DNA of 64,000 bases from an uncultured Gammaproteobacteria bacterium (GTDB taxonomy: Bacteria > Pseudomonadota > Gammaproteobacteria > DRLM01), in NCBI GenBank assembly GCA_963729605.1, contig CAVSNY010000007.1, forward strand, positions 64,001 through 128,000, in the 5' to 3' direction. The notes under the pieces were generated by a model. It saw only the letters and a list, made by a program, of their open reading frames with translations. It was not told the DNA's origin and did not search any database. The position numbers and the translations under genes were made by a program. Shown one piece after another: positions 19,544-29,913 of the stretch (its first letter is position 1; the number at the start of each line of letters is the position of its first letter).

Positions 19544-22402
19544 ATGATAGACCGTGGTAAACGCTCGCCACAGCCAGATCACAGCACACCCTCAGCCGCC
19601 GAGCACCTTTTGTTAGAGTGCATCCGGCGCGCGCAGCAGCAATATATCGACGCCCGCGATGCCCGCGACTTGTTCAATGAATTGCTCAACAATTTTCTGG
19701 AACTGACCGAGAGCGGCTTCGGTTTCATCGCCGAAATCCGCCACGACGAAAACGGCGTGCCCTTTCTCAAGAGCCGCGCCCTCAGCAACATCGCCTGGAA
19801 TAAGGCCACCCGTACGCTGTATCAGCGCCACGCCTTGCAGGGCATGGAGTTCCGCAAACTCGACTCCTTGTTCGGCGCGGTGATCACCAGCGGCGAGGCG
19901 CTGATCGCCAACGATCCGCAACACGACCCGCGCCGCGGCGGCACGCCCAAGGGTCATCCGGCCCTGGACTGTTTTCTGGGGTTGCCCTTGTCGTACGGCG
20001 GCCGGCTGATCGGCATGGTGGGCTTGGCCAACCGGCCGGGCGGTTACGATCACGCCTTGATCGATTATCTCGCCCCGCTGCTGGAGACCACCGCCACCTT
20101 GATCAAGGCCTATCACCATCAAGTCCAACCCGCCGGTGCGGAAAACGGCTTGCTGGAAACCCAGGCGTCGTTGCAGGAACAACTCGCCGCGCAAACCCGC
20201 GAGCTGCGGGACGGCAATAAAAAATTGCGCAAGGAGGTCAAGGAACGGCAACGGCTGGAAGCGGCCCTGCGCGACGTGGCGGCGGCGGTCTCGGCCAGCA
20301 CCGGCGATCGATTTTTTCGTTCGCTGGTGGAGGCGCTCACCCGGGTGTTGCGGGTGGATATGGCCTTCATCAGCGTGATGACCGGCGAGCGGGCGAGCGC
20401 CGAGATCATCGCCTTGTGCGATCGGGGCACCATCATCAGCAATTACCATTACCTCCTCGCCGACACGCCCTGCCAAGACGTATTGGAAGGCCGACCGAAT
20501 TATTTTCCCCGCGACCTGCGCCGCCACTTCCCTCACTGCCCCTTGGCGGACCAATTCGGACTGGAGAGTTTTCTGGCGGCGCCTTTCTTCGACACCGGCG
20601 GCCAGCCGCTGGGCTTGGTGGCCATCGCCCACCGCAAGGCGCTGAGCGAGCCGCAACCCGCCGAGGCGATCTTGCAAATCTTCGCGGCGCGCATCGCCGC
20701 CGAACTGATCCACCAGCGCGACAATGAAAAAAACCGCAAACTGTCGCTGGCCCTCGAACAAACCGCCGACGCGGTGATGATCACCGACAGCGAGGGCGTG
20801 ATCGAATACACCAATCCCGCCTTCACCGCGATGACCGGCATCCCGGCCGGCGAGGCCCTCGGCAATAAACCCAGCATCGTCAAATCCGGCAAACACGATG
20901 TCACGTTTTACCGCACGATGTGGTCGGTGCTGCTGGCCGATCAGCCGTTTCGCGACATCCTCATCAATCGCAAAAAGAACGGCGAGCTGTACTACGAAGA
21001 AAAAACCATCACGCCCCTGAAAGGCGCGGACGGCGAGATCACTCACTACATCTCCACCGGCAAGGACATCACCGAACGCATGCAGACCCAGGAGCGGCTG
21101 CATTATCTGGCGTATCACGACGTCTTGACCGGCCTGCCCAACCGCCAACTGTTCATGGAGCGTCTCGAACACGCGCTGGCCTCGGCGCGCGGCACCGGCC
21201 GCCAGCTCGCGGTGTTATGCCTCGACGTGGATTGTTTCAAGATCATCAACGATACCCTCGGTCACGAATTCGGCGACCGGGTGTTGAAAGCGCTCGCGGA
21301 ACTGTTGTCCGCGCAAACCGGGCCGGGCGATACGGTGGCGCGTTTGAGCGGCGACGAATACGCGGTGTTGCTGGAAAACATCGCCCATGACACCGAGGTA
21401 CCGCACAAGGTGGGCGCCATTCTGCACACCTTGTCCCAGGCCTTGCGCATCGATGACCGTGAGCTCTACACCACCACCTGCATCGGCATCGCGCTGGCGC
21501 CGGCCGACGGCGGCGACGCGCACACCCTGCTGCGCCACGCCGACACCGCCATGTACCGCGCCAAGGAACAGGGCCGTCATTGTTTTCAATTTTATTCGGC
21601 GGACTTGAGCGCCACCGCCTTCAAGCGGCTGGACCTCGAAACCAATCTGCGCCGCGCGGTGGAACGCGAAGAATTTTATCTGTGCTTCCAGCCGCAGGTC
21701 GATTTGCGCAGCGGACGGGTGATCGGCGCGGAGGCCCTGCTGCGCTGGCGACACCCCGAGCGCGGTCCTGTCAATCCCATGGAATTCATCACCACCCTCG
21801 AAGACACCGGCCTGATCGTGGCGGTGGGCGAGTGGGTGTTGCGCCAAGCCTGCCAACAGGCCACGGCTTGGCGCGGCCGCGACGGCGCGCCGCTGCGGCT
21901 GTCGGTCAACGTCTCCGGCCGGCAATTCCAGCAGCCCAGCCTGGCCGCCAGCCTGCAAGCGATCTTGGCGGAAAAAAATCTGCCCGCCCACGCCCTCGAA
22001 CTGGAAGTGACCGAGAGCGTGCTGATGCAAAACGATCCGGTCACCGAACGCAGCCTGCAGGAATTGCAGGCGCTGGGCATCCGCCTCGCCATCGACGATT
22101 TCGGCACCGGCTATTCGTCGCTCGGCTATCTCAAACGCTTTCCGGTCGACACCTTGAAAATCGACCGCTCCTTCATCCGCGACGTCACCAAGGACAAAGA
22201 CGACGAGGCCATCATCGCCGCGGTGATCGCCATGGCGCGGGCCCTGGAATTGAATGTGGTGGCGGAAGGCATCGAGACCTCGGCGCAACTGCATTTCCTG
22301 CAACGGCAGGGCTGCGACGTCGGCCAGGGTTTCCTGTTCAGCCAGCCCGTCTCGGCGCCGGATTTGAACACCTTGCTCGACTCGGTGTTCTCGGTACGCT
22401 GA
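19544..22402 (+). CDS. GAF-GAF-PAS-GGDEF-EAL c-di-GMP signalling protein
   Basis: ANRPGGY GAF, PAS (YTNPAF...DITER), SGDEY, AEALLRW, DDFGTGYSS, LKIDRSF. Confidence 0.92.
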   Translation: MIDRGKRSPQPDHSTPSAAEHLLLECIRRAQQQYIDARDARDLFNELLNNFLELTESGFGFIAEIRHDENGVPFLKSRALSNIAWNKATRTLYQRHALQGMEFRKLDSLFGAVITSGEALIANDPQHDPRRGGTPKGHPALDCFLGLPLSYGGRLIGMVGLANRPGGYDHALIDYLAPLLETTATLIKAYHHQVQPAGAENGLLETQASLQEQLAAQTRELRDGNKKLRKEVKERQRLEAALRDVAAAVSASTGDRFFRSLVEALTRVLRVDMAFISVMTGERASAEIIALCDRGTIISNYHYLLADTPCQDVLEGRPNYFPRDLRRHFPHCPLADQFGLESFLAAPFFDTGGQPLGLVAIAHRKALSEPQPAEAILQIFAARIAAELIHQRDNEKNRKLSLALEQTADAVMITDSEGVIEYTNPAFTAMTGIPAGEALGNKPSIVKSGKHDVTFYRTMWSVLLADQPFRDILINRKKNGELYYEEKTITPLKGADGEITHYISTGKDITERMQTQERLHYLAYHDVLTGLPNRQLFMERLEHALASARGTGRQLAVLCLDVDCFKIINDTLGHEFGDRVLKALAELLSAQTGPGDTVARLSGDEYAVLLENIAHDTEVPHKVGAILHTLSQALRIDDRELYTTTCIGIALAPADGGDAHTLLRHADTAMYRAKEQGRHCFQFYSADLSATAFKRLDLETNLRRAVEREEFYLCFQPQVDLRSGRVIGAEALLRWRHPERGPVNPMEFITTLEDTGLIVAVGEWVLRQACQQATAWRGRDGAPLRLSVNVSGRQFQQPSLAASLQAILAEKNLPAHALELEVTESVLMQNDPVTERSLQELQALGIRLAIDDFGTGYSSLGYLKRFPVDTLKIDRSFIRDVTKDKDDEAIIAAVIAMARALELNVVAEGIETSAQLHFLQRQGCDVGQGFLFSQPVSAPDLNTLLDSVFSVR

Positions 22403-22626
22403 CGCGGCCCGCGCCTTCTCGCTCGCCGCGCGCCTCCCCGTTGAAAAAATCCCCAACCCGCCGCGCAACGCCGGCGCGGCACGCCGTTTTCCCCCCGCAC
22501 CACGCCGCACCATCCGCAAAACACTGAGTGAACAGCACGATTTTTTGGACCTAAAGAATGGTTTTTGGCGTGCCGACAGCATCGACGTCCGAGAGGTATT
22601 TAACACAGATCATCGAGGGGGATGTT

Positions 22627-23121
22627 ATGCACGTGGTAGGGAGTGAAGGGTCGATTGCGGTACGGGGGAAAATTCAGCAAATCTCGCGGCGCGCGGCGCC
22701 CGGTAACCGGACTCAACTTCATCCCCCAGCAGCCGGCATCGCCCGGCGCGGTGAGTCCGGCTTCACCTTGATTGAATTGGTGCTGGTGATCGCGATCCTC
22801 GGCATTCTGGTCACCTTCGCCGTGCCGCGTTTTACCGCCTTGTCCGGCGAGGCGCAAATGGCCGCCACCGAATCCCTGGCCGGCACGCTGGGTTCGGCGG
22901 CGGTGATGAATTTCGCCAAAAAGAAGGCCACGGGCGCCGCCAGGCCGATCATCGCCTGCGAAGGCACCGCCTTATTGCTGGACGAGGGTGCCTTGCCCGC
23001 CGGGTATACGATTGCGTCGAACGTCTTCGGCGGCGATGCCCGCGAGGGCGCATCGAAGAGCTGCAATTTGCAAGGGCCCGATGCCACCCTGGCGAGTTTC
23101 CGCACGATCAAGGTCGATTGA
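22627..23121 (+). CDS. Type IV pilin-like protein (MSHA-like) with prepilin N-methylation motif
   Basis: G|FTLIELVLVIAILGIL, C-terminal Cys pair; start uncertain (GAGGGG RBS before 22627). Confidence 0.8.
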   Translation: MHVVGSEGSIAVRGKIQQISRRAAPGNRTQLHPPAAGIARRGESGFTLIELVLVIAILGILVTFAVPRFTALSGEAQMAATESLAGTLGSAAVMNFAKKKATGAARPIIACEGTALLLDEGALPAGYTIASNVFGGDAREGASKSCNLQGPDATLASFRTIKVD

Positions 23122-23166
23122 TCCGATCCTCCATCAAGCCGCTTTACCGTCCACGATCCATTTGGC

Positions 23167-23323
23167 TTAAGGAAGCTCTGAATAATTCCATCCTGGAATT
23201 TTCAGCGCACGGGAATCGAAAATGTGATTTTCGCTTCCCTTCATTTCAATGACTGACACCATTAGAAACGGCGGCACATCCGTGTGCCGCGGGAGCCCTC
23301 TGAATAAATCAGAGGTTCCTTAA
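23167..23323 (-). mobile_element. MITE-like repeat, intact copy, reverse orientation
   Basis: TTAA-GGAAGCTCTGAATAA...TCAGAGGTTCC-TTAA; reverse complement of the 13161 copy. Confidence 0.85.
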
Positions 23324-23776
23324 GTGAGCGGCCGGCCGCCGCGCGTCCCAAACTTGACCTCTTCCAAACCGGCCTCGATGACCGCCATCACGCCGCGCGC
23401 TAAATTCCCAGGCTTTTTCCCACTGGACCCTCGCTCGCCTCGAACAAAATTTCGTTGAGAAAACACCCGCACCGTTTAATCGCCAAGACGCGAGATGCAC
23501 CGAGAGAAAATTTCTTCTATGGCTTTCTCAGAAGAAAAATCTTGGCGTGTTTGCGTTTTGGCGGTTTGAGCAAAAATAAATCCGGCGCCCTCGACGGCAA
23601 GAGAAATGCATTGTCCCGCATCGGCAGGCGGCCGTCAGCCCGGCAATGAACAACATCGACATTCCGCGGCGGAATCGCGGCGTTGAATACGCTTGGTTTT
23701 TTCGAAACTGGCGCATTTCCGGCCGCGTTCGGACAACTGGATTTTGAATGGGCCTTTGAAGCTTTGGGGTGTAGTC

Positions 23777-24940
23777 ATGGAAGTTTTTACAAACGATCGG
23801 CGGATGTCCGTACCCGGAACGATAACGATGCAGGGATGGCGCGGACCGCTGCTGATGGTGGGCGCCTTATTTTATTTCTGCTCTTTCTCCACCGCGCAGG
23901 GCGGCCCTCTTTTCAATCCGGGCGGCGCGATCGGCGCGGGACATAGCGAAGGGGTGGCCGTCGCGGACCTCGACGGCGACGGCGATACGGACGCCTTCAT
24001 CGGCAAATTCAACGGCGCCAACGAAGTGTGGCTCAACCGCGGCGACGGCACTTTCGAAAATTCTGGTCAGCGTTTGGGCGACACCTTCACGCGCGGCGTC
24101 GCGCTCGGCGATTTCGACGGCGACGGCGACCTCGACGCCTTCGTCGCCAATTACGGCCAGCCCAGCGGGGTCTGGTTCAACGACGGCAAGGGCCGCTTCC
24201 GCGACGGCGAACAGCGGCTGGGTGAAGATACGATCAGCTGGGACGTGGCGGCTGGCGACGTGGACGGCGACGGCGATCTCGACGGGCTGGTCGCCAATCA
24301 CGGCGGCGGCAATCATCTCTGGCTGAATGACGGCCGCGGCCGTTTCGCGCGCACCCCGGTCGCGCTGGGCGACAGCGCCACCTGGGACATCGTCCTCGCC
24401 GACCTCGATGGCGACGGCGATCTGGACATCTACGAAGGCAATCACGGCCAGCCCAACCTGGTGTGGTTCAACGACGGTAAAGGCAACTTCCGCGACAGCG
24501 GCCAGCGACTGGGCGATTCCCATACCTGGGGCGTCGCGCTGGCGGACTTGGACGGCGACGGCGACCTCGACGCCTATGACGCCAATTGGTCGAACGAACC
24601 GAATCAGGTCTGGTTCAACGACGGTAAAGGCAACTTCCGCGACAGCGGCCAGCGGCTCGGCAAGGAAGACAGCGAGGCGGCGGCCGCCGCGGATTTCGAC
24701 GGCGACGGCGATATCGACGTCTTCGTCGCCAATGGCGCGGGCGGCCAGCTGTGGCTCAACGATGGACACGGGCGTTTCCACAACGCCGGTTTGAATTTCG
24801 GCAAGCGCGACGGCAAAGACGCCGCCGCCGCCGATCTGGACGCGGACGGCGATGCGGACGTCTTGGTGGTGAATGACGGACCGAACGAGCTGTGGATCAA
24901 TCAGCGCGTTCACCCGCGCGGCGCTAAGGGCGCGAATTGA
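23777..24940 (+). CDS. FG-GAP/VCBS repeat protein (probable secreted 7-bladed propeller)
   Basis: Seven DxDGDGDxD-type repeats after a hydrophobic signal-like segment; start 23777 or 23828. Confidence 0.85.
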   Translation: MEVFTNDRRMSVPGTITMQGWRGPLLMVGALFYFCSFSTAQGGPLFNPGGAIGAGHSEGVAVADLDGDGDTDAFIGKFNGANEVWLNRGDGTFENSGQRLGDTFTRGVALGDFDGDGDLDAFVANYGQPSGVWFNDGKGRFRDGEQRLGEDTISWDVAAGDVDGDGDLDGLVANHGGGNHLWLNDGRGRFARTPVALGDSATWDIVLADLDGDGDLDIYEGNHGQPNLVWFNDGKGNFRDSGQRLGDSHTWGVALADLDGDGDLDAYDANWSNEPNQVWFNDGKGNFRDSGQRLGKEDSEAAAAADFDGDGDIDVFVANGAGGQLWLNDGHGRFHNAGLNFGKRDGKDAAAADLDADGDADVLVVNDGPNELWINQRVHPRGAKGAN

Positions 24941-25014
24941 ACGCGCATTCGCCCGTTGAATCGCGCCCGTCCGACCCGACGGCGATTTTTGCATCACGAG
25001 AGGCTCGAACCACG

Positions 25015-26532
25015 ATGGCGAAGGTATTGGTCATCTGCGGTCATCCGCGCAAGGACAGTTACTGCGGCGCGCTGGCCGAGGCCTATGCACTGGGCGCGCG
25101 CCGCGCCGGCGTGGATCTGGACATGTTGTACGTGGCGGATCTGCGATTCGATCCTCACGTGCATTTCGTATCACCCAATCAGCAAGTCACCGAACCGGAC
25201 ATCCTCGCCGCGCGCGCCGCCATCCAGGCGGCCACGCATCTGGTCTTCGTTTATCCCAATTGGTGGGGGACGATGCCGGCCTTGCTCAAGGGTTTTCTCG
25301 ACCGGGTCTTGGCGCCCGGCTTCGCCTTTCACGAAGATGAACAACAGCCCGGGCGTTATGTCTCTCATCTTGACGGCCGCAGCGCGGAGTTGCTGGTGAG
25401 CATGGATACGCCGCCGTGGGTGTTTCGCCGCCTGTTTCATGCCCCCGGCGACAACGCGATGCGGCACGCGACCCTCGGCTTCTGCGGGATACGCACCTTG
25501 CGCGCCCGCCATTTCGGCCCGGTGAAACCGGCCGCGCCCGCGCAACGGGATCTTTGGTTGCAAGAGGCCTATAAGGCGGGGGAAGAGATTTTCCTGAATT
25601 TGGAAAAGGCGCGGCGCAAGGCCCGCCGCGCCGCCTGGGTAAAATTGATGCGTCTGCAATTTTATCCGATGACCTTTCTCGCCTACACCATCGGCGCGCT
25701 GGCGGCCGCGCAAGTCGCCGGCCGGTTCGACGCCGGTGTTTTCTGGCTGGGTTATTTATTTATTTTCGTGGTCGAGGTCATCACCGTATTCAGCAATGAA
25801 TACTTCGACTATCCCAGCGACAAGCTCAATCAAAACGCCGGGCCGTTCAACGGCGGCTCGCGGGTGCTGGTCAAAGGCGAGTTGAGTTTCGGCGCGGTGC
25901 GTCGCGCGATCATCATGCTGGCGATCGGCCTGTTGCCGCTCGGTTATTTTTTATTTCAGCGTAACGACGCGCTGACCTCGGCAGACGGTATGCTGATCGC
26001 CGCCATCGCGCTGCTGGCGGTGAGTTACACCGTACCGCCGCTGAAACTGGTATATCGCGGCTGGGGAGAACTCACCGTGGCCGCCACCCATAGCGCATTG
26101 GTGGTGCTGTGCGGTTATGCATTGCAGTCGGGGAGATGGACCGACCCGTATCCCTGGCTGGTGAGTTTGCCGCTGTTCTTCGCGATCCTGCCGTCGATTA
26201 TTTTATCGGCGATCCCCGATTACGCTGCCGACTTCGCCACCGGCAAACGCACCGCGGTAGTGTCCCTCGGTCCGCGCGGCGCGGTCGCCACGGCCATGGC
26301 GTGCACCGCCGGCGCGGCGTTGGCCGCCGTATTTTTACATTGGACGGGATTCTTCCCCGGTCCAGCGGGCTGGTTGATTTATCTGATCTTGCCCCATGCG
26401 GGGTGGCTGCTGCACCGTTTGCGGCGGTTTTATCGCGAAGGCGCGCCATGCCGTCCCATCGACGATCTCATGATGTTGTCCCTCACCTATATCTTGTGGT
26501 TCGTGCTGGTGCCGCTGCTGGTGGTTTGGTAA
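25015..26532 (+). CDS. Fusion: flavodoxin-fold NAD(P)H:quinone oxidoreductase + UbiA/MenA-family prenyltransferase
   Basis: N-terminal [28 protein letters not shown]; C-terminal multi-TM with [34 protein letters not shown]. Confidence 0.85.
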   Translation: MAKVLVICGHPRKDSYCGALAEAYALGARRAGVDLDMLYVADLRFDPHVHFVSPNQQVTEPDILAARAAIQAATHLVFVYPNWWGTMPALLKGFLDRVLAPGFAFHEDEQQPGRYVSHLDGRSAELLVSMDTPPWVFRRLFHAPGDNAMRHATLGFCGIRTLRARHFGPVKPAAPAQRDLWLQEAYKAGEEIFLNLEKARRKARRAAWVKLMRLQFYPMTFLAYTIGALAAAQVAGRFDAGVFWLGYLFIFVVEVITVFSNEYFDYPSDKLNQNAGPFNGGSRVLVKGELSFGAVRRAIIMLAIGLLPLGYFLFQRNDALTSADGMLIAAIALLAVSYTVPPLKLVYRGWGELTVAATHSALVVLCGYALQSGRWTDPYPWLVSLPLFFAILPSIILSAIPDYAADFATGKRTAVVSLGPRGAVATAMACTAGAALAAVFLHWTGFFPGPAGWLIYLILPHAGWLLHRLRRFYREGAPCRPIDDLMMLSLTYILWFVLVPLLVVW

Positions 26533-26593
26533 GGCGCGCCGCCGTCCGCTTATCGCAAGCATTCATTTGGATTTGAACAGACAGGGGGGTTTT

Positions 26594-27931
26594 ATGCGCG
26601 CAATCATTTCCACACCCTTGCTCGCCGCCGTGGTGAGTCTGACCCTGGTGGCCTGCGGCGAAAAGGCCATCTTGCCGGAAGAGGCGGGCATGGGTCCGCA
26701 ACCCATCTTGCCGCCGCCCAACACCACACTGATACCCACCGTGCATATCGCCCCGGCCAAATCTTGGCCGGCGGGTGCGACGCCGACCGCGGCCAACGGC
26801 CTCGCGGTGAAGATGTACGCGAACGAATTGGATCACCCGCGCTGGCTTTACGTGTTGCCCAACGGCGATGTGCTGGTGGCGGAAAGCAATGCGCCGCCGC
26901 GGCCGCAAGACGGCCAAGGCATCAAGGCCTGGGTGATGAAATGGATGAAGAAACGCGCCGGCGCGGGCGTGCCCAGCGCCAACCGCATTACGCTGTTGCG
27001 CGACGCCGACGGCGACGGCGCGGTGGAAACCCGTTCGGTCTTTTTGAGCGGCTTGAATTCGCCGTTCGGCATGGCGCTGGTCGGCAACGATCTTTATATC
27101 GCCAACACCGATGCCATTGTGCGTTTTCCTTATCAAGACGGCGATACCACGATCGGCGCCGCCGGCGTCGAAATCGCCGCGCTGCCCGCCGGTCCGCTCA
27201 ATCACCATTGGACCAAAAACATCATCGCCAGCCGCGACGGCACGCGGCTCTACGCGACGGTCGGCTCCAACAGCAATGTAGGCGAGAACGGTATGGATAA
27301 AGAAGTGAATCGCGCCGCGATACTCGAAGTCGACATCGCCACCGGACAGACGCGGGTGTTCGCCTCCGGCCTGCGCAATCCCAACGGTTTGGCCTGGCAG
27401 CCGCAGACCGGCGAACTGTGGACGGTGGTCAACGAACGCGACGAGTTGGGCAGCGATCTCGTGCCCGACTATCTCACCTCGGTGAGGGACGGCGGCTTTT
27501 ACGGCTGGCCTTACAGCTATTACGGCCAACACGTCGATACGCGCGTCAAGCCGCCGCGTCCCGATCTGGTCGCCACGGCGATCGCGCCGGATTACGCGCT
27601 CGGCAATCACGTCGCACCGCTCGGGTTGGTTTTCTACGAAGGGGATTTATTACCGGATGCCTATGTCAACGGCGCCTTCATCGGCGAACACGGCTCATGG
27701 AATCGCAAACCGCGCAGCGGTTACAAGGTAGTCTTCGTGCCCTTCGCCGACGGGCGGCCCGCCGGCATGCCGGTGGATGTGTTGAGCGGTTTCGTCAACG
27801 CCGACGGCGACGCACTGGGCCGTCCGGTCGGCGTCGCCGTCGATAAAGCCGGCGCACTGCTGGTCGCCGATGACGTCGGCAATACGATCTGGCGGGTGAC
27901 ACCCGCCATAACCACCGCGGCGCGGCCTTGA
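26594..27931 (+). CDS. Sorbosone/PQQ-dependent sugar dehydrogenase family lipoprotein
   Basis: LVAC lipobox; [45 protein letters not shown]. Confidence 0.88.
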   Translation: MRAIISTPLLAAVVSLTLVACGEKAILPEEAGMGPQPILPPPNTTLIPTVHIAPAKSWPAGATPTAANGLAVKMYANELDHPRWLYVLPNGDVLVAESNAPPRPQDGQGIKAWVMKWMKKRAGAGVPSANRITLLRDADGDGAVETRSVFLSGLNSPFGMALVGNDLYIANTDAIVRFPYQDGDTTIGAAGVEIAALPAGPLNHHWTKNIIASRDGTRLYATVGSNSNVGENGMDKEVNRAAILEVDIATGQTRVFASGLRNPNGLAWQPQTGELWTVVNERDELGSDLVPDYLTSVRDGGFYGWPYSYYGQHVDTRVKPPRPDLVATAIAPDYALGNHVAPLGLVFYEGDLLPDAYVNGAFIGEHGSWNRKPRSGYKVVFVPFADGRPAGMPVDVLSGFVNADGDALGRPVGVAVDKAGALLVADDVGNTIWRVTPAITTAARP

Positions 27932-28030
27932 TCCAAGGTTTTAAGCAGGTCTTGTACCGGGGAAATCACATGTCTCGCGGCGCGCGACTGTTGGATTAAT
28001 ATTTCCATCAGCTTGACTCCCCGCGTGGAA

Positions 28031-28067
28031 TCGTAAGGGGGCTTGAATAAATCAGTGGCCCCTACGA
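28031..28067. terminator. Hairpin between convergent genes, resembling the solo terminal hairpin of the MITE
   Basis: TCGTAAGGGGGC-TTGAATAAATCAG-TGGCCCCTACGA shares the TGAATAAATCAG core. Confidence 0.45.
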
Positions 28068-28757
28068 TTAATTCGGCGAAGAGTCGGCGCTCTGATTGGA
28101 GAAGCGCACGCTGTTCGGCGCATTGGTACCCCCGGTAATCACGAAGGTCATGGCCTCTTCCATGGTCCAGTCGGTCATCACCACGTCGGTGAGGGGCAAT
28201 ATCTCGATATAACCGGACGTGGGATTGGGTGAAGTGGGTATGTAAACCGCGGCCAGCTCGCGGCCGGTGTCTTGATCGGTAAATACCTTGGTGACGAAAC
28301 CCACCGCCTTCATGCTGGGCGATGGAAAAGCGACCAGTACCACCCGCTGTCCCGTAACCGGCGGCTGGCGCAAGGTCTGGAGAAACCGCTTGGTGGCGTT
28401 GTAGATGACTTTCACCAGCGGCAGGCGCGCCACCAGGCCTTCAAAATAGTTGATCAGTCTGCGTCCTATCACGAAGGTGGCGAACAGGCCGAGCAGGTAA
28501 AGTCCGATCAGCGTGAACAGCACCGCCAAGGCATATTGCACCGAGGGGTTGATCAGCCAGTCGGCCCCCGCTTCGGAAAAAGGACGGATCAGCCGCGCGA
28601 GCGCCTTCAGCGGAGGCGCGCCGATCTTGGCCAGCAACCCGAACAGGAAATCGAATACCAACCAGGTCACCCACAGCGGCGCCGCGGTAAAAAAACCGAT
28701 GAGAATATGACGCATGAAACGGGGCGTTTTATGCCCGGGGTGGGTGGAATCAATCAT
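28068..28757 (-). CDS. DUF502 membrane protein
   Basis: RLPLVKVIY, VYIPTSPNPTSGY motifs; start overlaps mrpG stop. Confidence 0.85.
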   Translation of the reverse strand: MIDSTHPGHKTPRFMRHILIGFFTAAPLWVTWLVFDFLFGLLAKIGAPPLKALARLIRPFSEAGADWLINPSVQYALAVLFTLIGLYLLGLFATFVIGRRLINYFEGLVARLPLVKVIYNATKRFLQTLRQPPVTGQRVVLVAFPSPSMKAVGFVTKVFTDQDTGRELAAVYIPTSPNPTSGYIEILPLTDVVMTDWTMEEAMTFVITGGTNAPNSVRFSNQSADSSPN

Positions 28758-29151
28758 GGCGATCCTTTCGCGGAGCGGGGTCTGACAACGACGGCGGCGA
28801 CGTTGCGGACGGTGTTTCAATTTCCTGGTCTTTCGCCGACGACATGCCGTCGGGCGGCGGCGCCAGCGACTGTAGCTCGAGATGGAGCGCCGCTTTGGCC
28901 AATAAATGAGCGCTTACCGGCGCGGTGATGAACAGGAATAGCGTGATCAGCACTTCATGCAGACTGATGCCGCCGTCCTGCGTGCTGAAATAAAGGGCCG
29001 AGGCGATGAGCAGGCTGCCGACCCCGAGGGTGGTGGCCTTGGTGGGACCGTGCAGCCGGGTGTAGAAATCCTCGAGCCGCGCCAGTCCCAGCGAGCCGAT
29101 GAAGGTGAACGCGGCGCCGATCAGGATGAGCAATGAAAGAAGGTATTCCAT
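28750..29151 (-). CDS. mrpG: Mrp/Pha Na+(K+)/H+ antiporter subunit G
   Basis: DFYTRLHGPTKATTLG, TAPVSAH. Confidence 0.92.
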   Translation of the reverse strand: MEYLLSLLILIGAAFTFIGSLGLARLEDFYTRLHGPTKATTLGVGSLLIASALYFSTQDGGISLHEVLITLFLFITAPVSAHLLAKAALHLELQSLAPPPDGMSSAKDQEIETPSATSPPSLSDPAPRKDRHD

Positions 29152-29155
29152 GGCG

Positions 29156-29425
29156 CTACTCGATGATGTCGCCGCGCAGCAGATACTTGCAGAACGCGAC
29201 GGTGCCGACGAAACCCATCAGGGCGATCAGCAGGGCCGACTCAAAAAACATCGCGCTGGACAGCTGGATCCCCAGCAGCACCAGCAGCGCAATGGTGTTT
29301 ATGTAAAGCGTATCCAGCGCCAAAATACGGTCCGGCGCGCTGGGTCCGCGCAGCAGCCGCCAGAAGTTCAGGGCGATGGCGGCGGCGACCAAGGTGAAGG
29401 CGATGGTGACGGCGATATTCAGCAT
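29156..29425 (-). CDS. mrpF: Mrp/Pha antiporter subunit F
   Basis: RGPSAPDRILALD, 89 aa. Confidence 0.92.
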   Translation of the reverse strand: MLNIAVTIAFTLVAAAIALNFWRLLRGPSAPDRILALDTLYINTIALLVLLGIQLSSAMFFESALLIALMGFVGTVAFCKYLLRGDIIE

Positions 29426-29913
29426 GTTTCGAAAACCTCTTTCAAGGGGGCTTCATAGCGCTGTTTGATGGTGTCGACCAGCGCATCCGCATCGGCCACG
29501 TCCAGGGCATGAATCAACAGGCTTTTACGATCGGGGGCGAGCTGCGCCGACACCGTGCCCGGGGTCAGGCAAATGGTGTTGGCCAGCAGGCTGATGGCGA
29601 CGTCCGAGGTGAGATCCAGCGGCATCACGATGAAGGCCGGCCGCAGCGCTTGCGGCCGGCCCAGAATGAGCCGCGCCACCGTCACGTTCGCCACCAGGAT
29701 GTCGTACAGCACCACGGCGATGAAACGCAGGGCGGTCAGGGGCCGGCGGATGTGTAACTGTTCCGGCCAAAAGCGCCGGGTGAAAAAGGGGATGGCCCAG
29801 CCCAACAACAGGCCCAACACGAGCTGGCCGAACGCCGCGCTATTGACCAGCAGCAACCAAACGACGGCCAGGGCAAGCGTGAGGAGGGGATGAGGCAGCA
29901 GGCGCCGCATCAT
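29419..29913 (-). CDS. mrpE: Mrp/Pha antiporter subunit E
   Basis: LLPHP, LANTICLTPGT, IKQRYEAPLKEVF. Confidence 0.92.
   Translation of the reverse strand: MMRRLLPHPLLTLALAVVWLLLVNSAAFGQLVLGLLLGWAIPFFTRRFWPEQLHIRRPLTALRFIAVVLYDILVANVTVARLILGRPQALRPAFIVMPLDLTSDVAISLLANTICLTPGTVSAQLAPDRKSLLIHALDVADADALVDTIKQRYEAPLKEVFETC

Noticed and set aside
22566-22580. Sigma54 promoter for the pilin (GG-N10-GC)
   Set aside because: The -12 element is CAGC rather than TTGC; too weak to call.
23940-24900. CRISPR-like periodic repeats
   Set aside because: These are in-frame FG-GAP protein repeats, not repeat-spacer units; no cas genes in the window.
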